DNA from: Macrostomum hystrix
Lineage: Eukaryota; Animalia; Platyhelminthes
NCBI GenBank assembly: GCA_950097015.1
Contig: CATNEN010000002.1
Span: forward strand, 8,184,001 to 8,248,000
Reading direction: 5' to 3'
Length of the DNA stretch: 64,000 nt
This document shows positions 22,753 to 35,572 of the stretch, one piece after another. Numbering within the stretch: the first letter of the stretch is position 1; the number at the start of each line of letters is the position of its first letter. The position numbers and the translations under genes are program-made. The notes under the pieces are model-generated. The model saw nothing but the letters and a program-made list of their open reading frames with translations, made no database searches and was not told the origin of the DNA.

Positions 22753-24564
22753 ATATAGTTGTGCCCAGTTAATTAGACCCTGCTAACCTCGTCTGCCCAC
22801 CCGTTACGAGACTATCTATCTTATTGCAAATAAAACCGACCGGCTACTAACGGTTGCATCAGCCGAGATACCGTGAGTTCTTTTTCTGCCATTCCTTGGG
22901 AGACGGAACGGGTGGCACCCGACTGGGACCTGGGGCTGTCGCAGCTTCCCCAAAGGCTGTAGGACCGTGAGTCACAACACTAGTTAAAGCTGTTATTTTT
23001 GGTAAGACAATGTTGGGTTGGGGATTGGTGGGGTGGGTGGTGGTGGAATTGGTTTTGTATTGCATGCTTCAAATAAAGAATTAGGAAGACTGCTGAAAGA
23101 GCTGGGGGTTGAGAGAGCAGAATGATTCAAGCAAAAAAAAAGTCTGCCAAAAAGTCTGCCAGCTGGCACAAAAAGCGCCGCCGAGACTTTTTTGGCAGAA
23201 AGCGCGCCGATTGGAGGGCATTTGTCTGATCATAGGAACAGACTAAAAAATCGATTTGCTGACTACATGAGCATTGAGCTTTTAAATACTGAGAGAAGAT
23301 AAGGAGCAAAGAGCATTTCGCTCGCATCGCTGTGCTCCTTGTCAGCTTACTATTTTATACCTAGCGATCATGCCTTCAAAGGGTGAGCTCGTGCTTCGCT
23401 ACAAGGAATCAACGAAGAAAGTAGAGCACTTTTGCGACGAAATCGTTGCTATTTGGCCTGAAACTGTATTGAAAACCTTACCAATAACAACTTTGGAGTC
23501 GATACCTATCGACCACAAGTTTACAAAGGAACGGGACCTTTTCGAGCTTCTAGACAAGTGGAACGCAGCAAGAAGAAGCCAGGAAGCCGCGGCTGCTGCA
23601 ACTAAGCAACAGCCTCCAAGCCAATCGAAAAAGAAAATTGGAGAAGAAGAGCGAAATATTTTCTGGCGTGGTTACCCGCTCAAAATCGCAAGAGTTGCCT
23701 TTTTGACTACTAGCTTATTTGTTAAAGTTTTGAGCGCGTAGTTTTGACGCTATAAGCCGCCTGTTCGATTATTCATACATTGGTGAAGGGCTGTCATTAT
23801 CAAAAATATACCAATGAAGTCATATTACGAGTATGTTTAATGTCCATGAGTTACAAGTGAGAAAAAATTGACAATTGCTTCATGATTTCAGCAAAGTTAT
23901 AGTAGCTGTCGTAATCTTATAATTACTCCATACTTGTGGAGAACTAGAGTTTGCATCGGTGTACTTACTCTTGTAACTAGGCTCATGACTTTTGTAATAA
24001 GATCCTGGAGAGACGATTGGGAGCATTTTTATTAAGAAAAAAATTTTTTTCGGAGGATGAGCACCCTAGGTTTGGGGTCTTGAGTTTTGGGATTGTGAAT
24101 CTAGGTGTTAGTTTGATTGTCTTGGCACGCTTTTTGCAGCTTCGCTATTTTGGGCATGATCTCTTAGGGAGTGGCTGCGATAATTTTTTTTTCCAAGTTC
24201 ACAAACTGTAGAGACAGATTTTTTATTGGCGGGGGTTCTTCGGGAAGAATAAAGGTAATGGTTTGTTTATTAAGGAGGCTGCGATAATGTTTGTCCTAGA
24301 TATGCAACTCACAAACTAATGTGGAATATTAAAAGTAGAGAATTTAGAATATGGAGACAGAGCTTTTTAGAGAGAGGCGGGGACCCTTTTTTCCTGATCT
24401 CTTCGGGAATAATAAAAGTAATGGTTTGTGGATAATGGAGGCTGCGATAATTTTTGCACCAGAAGGCCCCTCTTGCATACTACTATATAGGCGACTTATA
24501 TGTGAGGTAGACAGGCATTGACCAGTCGAAAGTCAATGCATGCTTATGTACAGTGCGGCCACAG

Positions 24565-25898
24565 GAATGTGCTGATCAGTGTCGGAGTCTTCACCCTGCT
24601 TGTGGGCTTCTGCGGCTGCTGTGGTGCCATCAAGGAGTCCAACTGCCTGCTTTACACCTTGAGTGGCTGGATGGCTGTGTTCGTGAGATTATTTGGATTT
24701 ATATCGAAGCACTAGCCGATGCGGATAAGCTCTGGTGCTGGTGAACAAAAATGTTTGTGTCTTCAGCCAATAGCATTCCGCCAAGTCATCCTGTCAACAG
24801 TAGTATAAAATGGCGTTAAAAGTGTTTCGTTATAACTGACAGCCAATAGCATCCAGCCACGTCATCAAGTGAATGAATATATATTTAGAAACGGTATAGC
24901 GATCCTGCGATCCTCATTCCAGTACGCCGGTCTGATCTGTGTGGTCCTGACCATCGAGATCGCGGCCGCCATTCTGGCCGGCGTCTTCCAGAACCGTGTC
25001 CGCAGCGAGGCTGAGATCGCCCTTTTCGACCTGGTGAATAACTACTTCGTCTCGATCCCAACCTACGAGGCCACACGGACCCAAACCACTGGCAATGCTG
25101 CAGCCAAGGCTGCTGTGACTTACCTGGTTAATCTGGTGCAAATCAGCTTTGACTGCTGCGGCGCCATCAACGTTAACGATATCAGCAACAGCACCAGCTG
25201 GCGGGGATCGAACCTCATACTCAATGGAAGGACCCTCGTGAATGCCATGACGTGCTGCTCGCTGAAGACTTCGAGAGCGAAGACTGGAATCAAGTTGCCG
25301 ACCTTCAACTGGACCATCTTTGACGAATACCTGGACAAGCCCGATTGTCCATTCACAGCTGCTAGCCCCAGCAGTGGCATTCACTCGAAGGTAGGTGCAC
25401 AACTTAACAGCGACATTGGTGCATTGAAGTTTGGCACTCATTGTCTAGCTCTACATGAAATACTGCAATGCTGCAATTGTAATCCCTCAGACCTGCTACC
25501 AGGGCTTAATGGACTACATCACCAAGTACTCCTTGCCCCTCATCGGTATCTGCGTTGCAATCGGCCTGATTGAGGTGAGAAATTGAGCAGATCCTACCAG
25601 CTAGCAGGTCCCAGCCACATGTGACATTTCTTAGCTTAACAAAATCACATCCCTTCCATAGCACTCGCAACTCCCTGAACCTCGCAACTCCCTGAACCTC
25701 GCAACTCCCTGAACCTCGCAACTCCCTGAACCTCGCAACTCCCTGAACCTCGCAACTCCCTGAACCTCGCACCTTCCTGAACCTCGCACCTTCCTGAAAC
25801 TCGCACCTTCCTCAACCTTGCACCCGCAGTTACTGGGCATTGTGCTGGCCTGTTGCCTGGTCAGCGCGCTGAAGAACGACAATGCCTACAAGAACTGA
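24565..25898 (+). CDS. Tetraspanin, partial: exons 24565-24658, 24923-25390, 25491-25574, 25830-25898
   Basis: GFCGCCGAIKES-CLL (TM2), TM3 with EIAA, EC2 CCG motif plus TCC and CY, TM4, short tail. The donor at 24659 reads TT instead of GT, and no TM1 exon was found. Confidence 0.85.
24767..24864 (+). promoter_or_regulatory. Tandem ERSE-like elements plus UPRE-like core in the tetraspanin intron
   Basis: CCAAT-N9-CCACG exact at 24843-24861; CCAAT-N9-CCAAG at 24767-24785; CCACGTCA at 24857-24864. Confidence 0.3.
25664..25810. repeat. 17-bp intronic minisatellite (CTCCCTGAACCTCGCAA)n
   Basis: Direct reading. Confidence 0.9.
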
Positions 25899-26399
25899 GC
25901 AGTCGGAGGCTGTTGGCATAAATAGCTTCCATAGCAACAGACTCACGCAAACGTTTTGCTGACAATATCTTATCACAATGATACTGTAGCTGTTAGCATA
26001 TTCTGTGCGCAATCTGAACTGACTGCCCCTATCCAGAGAGGTGCAATGAGACTGCAGCCGCTATTCTGTTTGCTTTTTTGCAGCCAAGCAATTCCCAACC
26101 ACCAGGTCCTCAACTGTTACGGGTCTTCTAAATGTATTAGAAAAAATTCATTTACCAAGTCCAACTTCTGATCAGTTTTGTTATATTTGCACTTTGAAAA
26201 GTACGGGAAAAAATTGTTTAACTTTGCTGCGCCATGTTCTGAGCAGCATTGCTCGGAGCAGAGAATAAATCGATTGAGACTAGGGCGCAAAAATATAAAA
26301 AACAAAAAAAAATCAATACATTTTGCAGAAAAAAGTCTCATTTGTCTACGATCTTACTTATCGATTCTTAATGTGGTTGCATCTGTTTATCCTCGGGTT

Positions 26400-26885
26400 C
26401 ATCCACCTATTTCTCAGGTGTATCCACTTATTCCTCAGGTGTATCCACTTATTCCTCAGGTGTATCCACTTATTCCTCAGCTGTATCCAGCTATTCCTCA
26501 GCTGTATGCAGCTATTCCTCAGCTGTATCCAGCTATTCCTCAGCTGTATCCAGCTATTCCTCAGCTGTATCCAGCTATTCCTCGGGTGTATCCACTTATT
26601 CCTCAGGTGTATCCACTTATTCCTCAGCTGTATCCAGCTATTCCTCAGCTGTATCCAGCTATTCCTCAGCTGTATGCAGCTATTCCTCAGCTGTATCCAG
26701 CTATTCCTCAGCTGTATCCAGCTATTCCTCAGCTGTATCCAGCTATTCCTCAGCTGTATGCAGCTATTCCTCGGGTGTATCCACTTATTCCTCAGGTGTA
26801 TCCACTCATTCCTCAGGTGTATCCCCTTATTCCTCAGGTGTATCCCCTTATTCCTCAGGTGTATCCACCTATTCCTCAGGTGTGC
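26400..26885. repeat. 21-bp minisatellite (TATTCCTCAGCTGTATCCAGC and variants)
   Basis: Direct reading; it explains the IPQLYPA ORFs. Confidence 0.95.
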
Positions 26886-28085
26886 AAGGGTAACCTGGGC
26901 TGATGGCGGCATTAGTTTACTTTTTCGTTCCAAACATCTCAGCGTGAACTTCGATAATACCTGTAAAAATCATGCTTTGGCTAAGAAAAAACAATCGAAA
27001 GCAATATACTCGAGCAACTGCTTAAAGTATAAAGAAACGATAAAATAACTGCTTTAAATCACGCTTACAAAAGATCGTCACAGTGTGCGTGAGATAGTCG
27101 AGCCAAGGACAAGAATATGCAACATAAAATAACAAAAGGATGTCATAAACATCTGCTCACGAATATTCTCGGCATTTCGTGCACTTTCATGTAAGTGACG
27201 ATGCTGTCTAAAAATAACTGGCCCAGCAGCAGACCCTCAAAGCCCAGGTAAAAACGTCATTCGAGTCTTTAATAAGGCACCTCCAGAAATGTCACACTTG
27301 CGTCAGAAGTGGAAAATTCCTTGGCTTGCCCTGGAGAATTGAGCAGGATGGCTTTTGTGAGAACAGCAGACCCCAGCCAGAGCACAAGCTGGCAGAGTGC
27401 TCAGGACTGACGCTTGCCAGTTGGAAACGACAAGGGTGGTTGGGATGCTAGGTGGCTGGGGTGCAGAGGTTGCTGTCACTGCGCATTGTCTACCTTCACT
27501 CCGTGTCATCTCACAATGCTCACCTACTTTCGGAGAAACAGTAAAGACTCATTCAGACAATGGCTATTTGAACTGTAGTGGGTTTCCAGTGAGAATAAAT
27601 GCTATTGAGCACTGCTTAGGAGTTTGAGCAGTCACAATAGAAGGGCCTGAGCCATTGCCTTTGCAGGCAGGCTCAGCTATGCGACTCAGAAGATCGCCGC
27701 AGGCCCCGCTCTGAAAATGACAATGGGCACAATAGGCACAATGGATATCAGTCTCAGCCAAAAACTCAAAGCCAGCAGTCACTGTCCAGCACTCTCAAAA
27801 TCTTGGCCTCATAAACTGTATTTTTGTTTTTTTCGGTTTGCATTTTCTGGTACGAAAGACGGATACTTCGTCAGGTCTATTTTTGCTCGCAATGACCGCT
27901 GTTGTACTTGATTAAAGTGAAGGATTAGTGCGAATGGCGTCATTCTCACCTGGTTGCCAAGGAGACAGGATGCTGTGGCACACAGCTCAGCGCGAGCATT
28001 TAAAGAGAGCCTCGAGAGGTGCTGTGAGATTTCTTAAGCCAGCTGCTCAACTCACCTCACTGACTGCTCCACAGCTCGAATCTGC

Positions 28086-31000
28086 ATGGCCAGGCCTCCG
28101 CTGCTGCTGCTGCTTCTCATCCTGACTGCCGTCAGCTTTGGTAAGTGTTGCACCTGTGCTCACTGCCCTCACATGCACCTGTGCTCACTGCCCTCACATG
28201 CACCTGTGCTCACTGCCCTCACATGCACCTGTGCTCACTGCCCTCACATGCACCTGTGCTCACTGCCCTCACATGCACCTGTGCTCACTGCCCTCACATG
28301 CACCTGTGCTCACTGTCCTCACATGCACCTGTGCTCACTGCCCTCACATGCTCTGCTGATTGCAGACAGCTGTCAGGCAATCAACTGTTTTATTCGGAGC
28401 GGGCCATCAACAACAGACAATGGGACGACTCAGTCCTGTGGGTCAGCCACAGGGTGCTACTCAGTCACAACCAATGGGGTAAGATTAAATTGTCTGCTGA
28501 TTTGTTTTCTGTTTTCCCTTGAAGTTACCTTTTCAAAGCGCCCGCCATCAATAGGTGCTAAATTTTCTATTCATTTACAGCATTGAAGGCAAAGTCTTTA
28601 AAAGTGTCCTTGAATTATTGCGAGTCTCATATTTAACGCAGAGGAAGTTAAAAAAATAAGAAAAAATATTTCATTGATGCATGGCTACCTAAGCCTCAGG
28701 GCAGCTGTCCTTAAGAATAGATATCTCTGAAATACTCGTACTTTCTTTGGGCTTCCGTGGTATCCCACTTGCGTCACCAAGCAGTTTATTTTGCAGTGTG
28801 AAACGCAAAATAAACCATTTTTCTAAAATTATTTTTTTGAAATTTGAAGGGGCAGTGCAATACCTGTAGAACAGATAAAATGTAGACCACGTTTTCAACT
28901 TCTATTTGGCACCTGCTGTAAAATATTTTCTCATAGGAATTCTCGGTTCCACATTTCACAATATTTCTCAAGCTAACTAATGTTTTCCTGGTCAAAAAGA
29001 GAAAAGAGTGTCTCAACTCAGGCTTGCAGCTTTCTTGCTCATATTTTTCGGCTGCAGAAATCATTAAAATGATAATAAAAATAGTTATAATAGAAATAGC
29101 CAAATGAGTGCATGACTCATCATTCCAGCAAAGATTTGCAGGCTGCACCAGCAATGGCCAGTGCCTCAGTTCAGGCGAGGACTGCTACGTGTGCAGCACG
29201 GACTACTGCAACAGCATGACCCCCTCCTCCATCAGCTGCTTCTACCGCTCAGGATCTCACAGCAGCACCGACAATGGCATTGTGGTCGCCTGCCACTCCG
29301 GGATCTCAGCCTGTTACTCCTACATGGGATCGGTGAGTTGAGCTGAGAAGATAAACTAAATTAGCTCCACTTGAAAAGGTGTGCGCGTTTCTGCAGTGCA
29401 GTTCACTTTTTAAGAACTTTTTAAAACTTTTCTTTGAATGTAACGTGTTTAAATTCCATTTTTCTATATGTCAATATGAAGAAAGTTTGTTTTCATTGGG
29501 AGCAAAGTCTTTGTTTGTCAGCTGATTTGATTGCTAATGCTGCTGTGTACTTCAAGCGGGTGTTGATTTTGGGCTGACAGTCAATGACTTGCTGAACTCG
29601 CTCCTCGGGACCTTACTGAAGGATTGATTGAACAGCTGGGAGCGGCTGACGAAGCGGAGGTGGTTGGTGAGGAATGAGCCCAGCGCTCAAGGTGAAGAAT
29701 GGGATGTGGGAATTTCGGTATTTAGAACGCTTTTGAAACCAAGACTACAATCAGGACTGCAGTCTGAGTTTTATCTTTTTACAAGACTAGTTGTCTCTGG
29801 CATTGGCAGAACTGGCCTTCAAAATAGAACTTTCTTGACAGTAGATCGACCCTTGCCTTTTGTAGGGATCACCTGGCGGCTATGCCGGCTGTGGCAACAT
29901 CAGCACCAATGACAATGTTCAGCTGTTCACCTGCAACTCCAGCCTGTGCAACTCCCGAACACCGTCAGCCATCAGCTGCTATGCGGCATTAAGATCTTCT
30001 GGTTCCACCTACAACGGATCTGCGGTGCCCTGCCCTACTGGATTTAGGACTTGCCATATCTATGACTACTACTTCACTATTTCGGTAATTCAATCACCGG
30101 GGTGATTAAAATAATCAACATGACTTCTATCATTTACAATTAGAAAAAAGTAAGCAAGACACCTCATAAGCCTGGAAGAGGCAAGAAGAATGAGCATAGC
30201 AGAGGCAAGAAGAATGAGCATGGAAGAGGCAAGAAGAATGAGCATGGCAGAGGCAAGAAGAATGAGCATGGCAGAGGCAAGAAGAATGAGCATGGAAGAG
30301 GCAAGAAGATTGAGCATGGCAGAGGCAAGAAGAATGAGCATGGCAGAGGCAAGAAGAATGAGCATGGCAGAGGCAAGAAGAATGAGCATGGCAGGGGCAA
30401 GAAGAATGAGCATGGCAGAGGCAAGAAGAATGAGCATGGCAGAGGCAAGAAGAATGAGCATGGCTTCGAGTTAAGAAGAATGAGCATGGCAGAGGCAAGA
30501 AGAATGAGCATAGCAGAGGCAAGAAGAATGAGCATGGCAGAGGCAAGAAGAATGAGCATGGCAGAGGCAAGAAGAATGAGCATGGCAGAGGCAAGAAGAA
30601 TGAGCATGGCAAAGGCAAGAAGAATGAGCATAGCAGAGGCAAGAAGAATGAGCATGGCAGAGGCAAGAAGAATGAGCATGGCAGAGGCAAGAAGAATGAG
30701 CATGGCAGAGGCAAGAAGAATGAGCATGGCAGAGGCAAGAAGAATGAGCATGGCAAAGGCAAGAAGAATGAGCATAGCAGAGGCAAGAAGAATGAGCATG
30801 GCAGAGGCAAGAAGAATGAGCATGGCAGAGGCAAGAAGAATGAGCATGGCAGAGGCAAGAAGAATGAGCATGGCAGAGGCAAGAAGAATGAGCATGGCAA
30901 AGGCAAGAAGAATGAGCATAGCAGAGGCAAGAAGAATGAGCATGGCAGAGGCAAGAAGAATGAGCATGGCAGAGGCAAGAAGAATGAGCATGGCAGAGGC

Positions 31001-32469
31001 AAGAAGAATGAGCATGGCTTCGAGTTAAGAAGAATGAGCATGGAAGAGGCAAGAAGAATGAGCATGGCAGAGGCAAGAAGAATGAGCATGGCAGAGGCAA
31101 GAAGAATGAGCATGGCAGAGGCAAGAAGAATGAGCATGGCAGAGGCAAGAAGAATGAGCATGGCAGAGGCAAGAAGAATGAGCATGGCAGAGGCAAGAAG
31201 AATGAGCATGGCAGAGGCAAGAAGAATGAGCATGGCAGAGGCAAGAAGAATGAGCATGGCTTCGAGTTAAGAAATAAATTCTGCTTGGGGTAACTAATCG
31301 GGTTCAACTGGGAATCATGAAAACCGAATAATAAAGCAGACAGCACCTGAGATCAGTGGCAGAACTCGGTGTGACAGAGCTCAGATAAAACCAAAATGCA
31401 AAGCAAATGAGCCGTGGATTGCCCCACCCTGTACTTCAGATTAGCTACAGCTGGTATTATGCTGGCTGCGGCTCCTGCAACTCCACCGCAAATCCATCAT
31501 GCGTGACCTGCAGCTCTGACCTGTGCAACTCAGCGACTCCTTCAGCCATCGGCTGCTATAAACGACAACTACGTATTGGGGATTCGATCAGCAATGGACA
31601 GCCCGAAACTTGTCAGCCAGGAATTAGCACCTGCTATTCGTTTGTTGCTATCTATTATGTAAGTTCCGATTATGAATGAGCTTTTCTGCCTACAGATTCT
31701 ACATATAAAAATTCTGTATTAATACTACTCAATATTAGCTCATTTTCATTGTCAATACATTGACAATTTCAGGGTTGGTACTACAACTACTTTGGCGGTT
31801 GCGGCGCCTGCAGCCCAGACACGATTCCGTCATGTCAGACATGCACCAGTAACTACTGCAACACCATGGATGCAGGAACTCTCACCTGCGCTACAAGAAA
31901 CAGCCTTAACTATAAAACTAACCCTGTCTCCTGTGCCAGAGGAATAAACAGCTGCTACTCACTCACCAAACCCATAGTGAGTAGCAGCTTTTACCTGTGA
32001 ATATCAGCCAGTGTGGTCCGCTGTGATCTGCTCTGACATTTGCCTCTGCAAACACCAATTATTCCAGGGATGGCTGATGTCAAATGTCGACAACCTCCTC
32101 GGTGGCTGCGGTGTCTGCACGCCGAAAACGAGCGCCCTCTACGGCTGCACAATGTGCAACACCAGCAACTGCACCTCCGTGGCCCCAGCAACAACTGGCA
32201 GCGCAGCCAATCCGAGCGGAAACCCGACCAACTCGCCAAGCACAGGTACCGCAGCAGGTGGCTTCAGCGCAACTGGCAGCCCAGCCAATCCGAGCGGAAA
32301 CCCGACCAACTCGCCAAGCACAGGTACCGTAGCAGGTGGCTTCAGCGCAACTGGCAGCCCAGCCAATCCGAGCGGAAACCCGACCAAATCTGCTTCACCG
32401 ACCTCACTGCTTCACGCAACTCGGGCTCCGCACTGGGCTGCTCCGCTGCTGCTGCTGCTGCTGTGGTAG
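28086..32469 (+). CDS. Multi-Ly6/uPAR (three-finger-like) secreted protein, copy A; exons 28086-28140, 28366-28478, 29129-29332, 29866-30084, 31440-31658, 31773-31976, 32068-32469
   Basis: Signal peptide MARPPLLLLLLILTAVSFG; repeated Cys domains ending GC-x-x-C...C-x-TC-x-x-x-x-CN; all introns GT-AG and in phase; 3' part deleted relative to copy B. Confidence 0.8.
28151..28350. repeat. 25-bp minisatellite in intron 1 of copy A (8 copies)
   Basis: CACCTGTGCTCACTGCCCTCACATG. Confidence 0.95.
30174..31259. repeat. 24-bp minisatellite in intron 4 of copy A
   Basis: GCAAGAAGAATGAGCATGGCAGAG, punctuated by CTTCGAGTTAA. Confidence 0.95.
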
Positions 32470-34044
32470 TTGCAATGAACCTCATGAAGCTGTTTTGAAG
32501 CTTCATTTTCTGAGAAACTAAATTCTCCCGTGAATTTTTGCCTCAGTTTGTCTGCAAACTCGCTTCTGCTTTCGGTTCACTTCTGAGCCACTGACAGGTC
32601 GCACTTTCAGGATTGCTGTCTGCCAGTTGGGAGTGTCTGATGACACACTTTTAATTTAAACTGAATTATTCAAGGTTTCACGTTGCTGATTCGTTCCTCC
32701 TACAAATTATTTTATTCTTGCTTTTCACATCGCATGAATATTCAATACGTTTTCAATCCAGTATTTATTGATCCAGTTCAATCCTGCTCAAATCACATGC
32801 ATCAACGGCTCTGAACAATGTCCAACACGAATAATCAGGATTAAGCTTTTGATGTTGAGGTGAGGTGAGATGAATTTCCACTAAAAAAATTTATATATAT
32901 TTTCATTTCTTGAAGTATTACCGCCCAAAATACGAGCTGGAGATTCTGTTTGAAGATATTTTTCTGTTTGGGTGTAGCGAGTGAATAACTCACAAACATT
33001 TTGATTTTTATACGTATAATTAACAGAGACTTGTGTCCTGGAAATATTTTTGATGTCTCTCAGAGTATGGTAGAGGAGAAAAAAATTGCACAACACACTA
33101 CTCATGAGAGTTCATAGTAGCATACTCTGCGCGTAAAAGCAATAATAATCCGTAGCGCAACAGAAAACAAGTTATTACCAGTTTATCTGTCATTATTCTG
33201 CCAATTTTGAAACAATCGTCCGTCAATAACTCATGTTAAGATCAAAGCAAGCTGCCGACAGTGACAGTAACGAGTACAATTACGGACGCATCACACATAA
33301 GTCACATTAAGGAATTTCCTTCCCATGCGAAAGAAACCTTGAAATACACAGGCGGTACCCTGAAAAATTCCTGAAATATTTCAAAAGAGGCATCGACTCT
33401 TCACGGGCACCTCTAAAATGGGTAGTCGAATAAGAAACGACTCCAGAGGACCAACTGCTCATCCGTACTCATTTATTCCAGTCAGGCGTGTTTGCCTGCT
33501 CTCGCGCTAGTCATTGAGGCTGTTGAGAAGACCCTGCGCGGTCTCATGATATCCAACGCGTGCCCTCTAGGGTTCGGGTTCGAAGGTCCCATGTTCGTCT
33601 GCAGCAACACGTAGACATTGAAACAGGGTGACCTGTGCCGATTCAGCGAACAGATGGCCGCCAAGCTGTCCCTATAAACAGCGATTTCAGCGCCCTGGAA
33701 ATTTTGATTGCTGAGTATCTGCTATTAGGCAGCTACGAGTATTATCAATTTATGCTTTTATTAGTGGAGTAAGTCAAGCAATGAGTCATGCCTCTGATAT
33801 ATAGCTTGCTCATTCATGACTGGCTGACCTGAGCACAAAAAAACACAATTCCTAAACTGCTGATCCAAAGGGGGTCTCTGCGGACAGAAATCCAAAGATC
33901 TAACCGATGGCTTCAGGCTCCCCTTAACAAGATGATTATTTAGCATCCACTAGGAGCCTGAGGACGCTCTCATGGGCACTTTAGCATTTGTTTTAACTCC
34001 GGCAAAAGACAACTCAGATACACTTTGGAACGGACTAAGTTATC

Positions 34045-35052
34045 TGAAATAGAACATTAGAATTAGGAAAAGGAAAACAACTGTGAAAAAATGGTGTGAG
34101 CAGCTCAGCGAGTCGAGGCCAAGCGCGACTGCGCCTCGATAATGCGGCGCGCATTTCCGGCATGGATGGCGGCTCCAAGAGTCTGGAAGATCTGCGCCTG
34201 GATGCGGCTGACCAGCGGATTTGATGAGGTCCAGAGCCTCAGTCACGAAGGCTCCAAGCGTCGCATAAGTCAGCGTGTACTTTGCAGCTTGGGGTGTCTC
34301 AGCTGCGGGGCGAAAGCCCGGATGGCGACGGCAGAGGCGTGTAGGTGGCTTGTGGCGCAGCTGTTAATGACTGTCGCGTCCCAGGCCGTCAGCCGCCCCC
34401 GGTCGAAAGTCGCAACTGTGATCCCGTCGAATTGTCGCGAGTGGCGCGCCGCCAGACCTTCCGGCTCGAGCACCGGAGGCCTCGCCAAGCAGGTTGCGGA
34501 TGGGTGCGTTCAGCTCGTCATGCCGGCAGTGGCGTTCGAAGCCGCGGTTGCAGCTCCGCATGTGGTTGCTAAACTCGTTGAGTGCCTCGCGGCACTCGCA
34601 GACTCCAGGAGCCGCAACCGGCAGGCCGAGGCGCAGACTGAGTGAAGTGGACAGTTCGATGTCCGTCAGGCGTGTCCCATCCCGGCTGCTCGGCAGGTCG
34701 AGGAGCAGCGCCGTGGACTCGGGAGTGGGTGCAGCGTGAAGCCGTGCGATGTCACGCTCGTACATATTCTTCAGTTTTTGCTGTCGCATGATCGGACTCG
34801 GTGGAAGCGTGTGAATTTTACGACTTTTTTCCTCCTCATAACGCGAAAAGATAAGACACTTTGCTCAACGCCTTGTCTGAAGCCCATGAGTGTTGTTTTA
34901 GCAGTTTTTTGTGCCATTACTAGTTTTGAGTTCTCTCCGCGACAATCGTAGCTTCATCTCCAACGTCCACACACTCTAAACCTATTTCCATATAGTGTTT
35001 AACCTGGCTCTTCCGTCGGGCGTTCTTCTCACAATGCCTGATACCCTCTTGA
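34045..35052 (-). mobile_element. CRE/NeSL-like RLE-type non-LTR retrotransposon 3' fragment, degenerate
   Basis: CEC...H...C...RHD zinc knuckle; EPEGL...DGIT...AWD restriction-like endonuclease motifs; AIHAGNA C-terminus; frameshifts. Confidence 0.75.
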
Positions 35053-35572
35053 ATAAGCCACTCAATAGCATTTTACAGTTGTATCTACATGGGCCATTCT
35101 ATCGTAAGATGCTAAATGTGTTTTGGATCCCAGGCACACATTAAAAGCGTTCATTGTGCCGATTCTAGGAAACGAAAGACTTCTCAGTCTGCAATCATTA
35201 ATTGTTTCTAAACCATCATTAAACCTATTTTCGAACCACTTATTGTCATCACAACAGTGGCTGCTTCCCACACTGAGCCAGTAGAAAGGGTCGAATGGGT
35301 AGAAGGGTAGAAGGGTAGAAAAACCGTGAATCACTTGTACGAAAGAATGATACTTCGTCAGGTCTATTTTTGCTCGCAATGACAGCTCTTGTACTTGATT
35401 AAAGTGAAGTATTAGTGCGAATGGCGTCATTCTCACCTGGTTGCCAAGGAGACAGGATTCTGTGGCGCACAGCTCAGCGCGAGCATTTGAAGAGAGCCTC
35501 GAGAGGTGCTGTGAGATTTCTCAAGCCAGCTGCTCAACTCTCCTCACTGACTGCTCCACAGCTCGAATCTGC

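Noticed and set aside
28551-29111. 560-bp segment present in copy A intron 2 but not in copy B, as a MITE
   Set aside because: No convincing TIRs or TSD; it could equally be a deletion in B at an AT microhomology.
32631-32650. CTGATGA within a GTGTC/GACAC hairpin (also near 40110) as a hammerhead ribozyme
   Set aside because: No GAAA and stem II/III arrangement follows.
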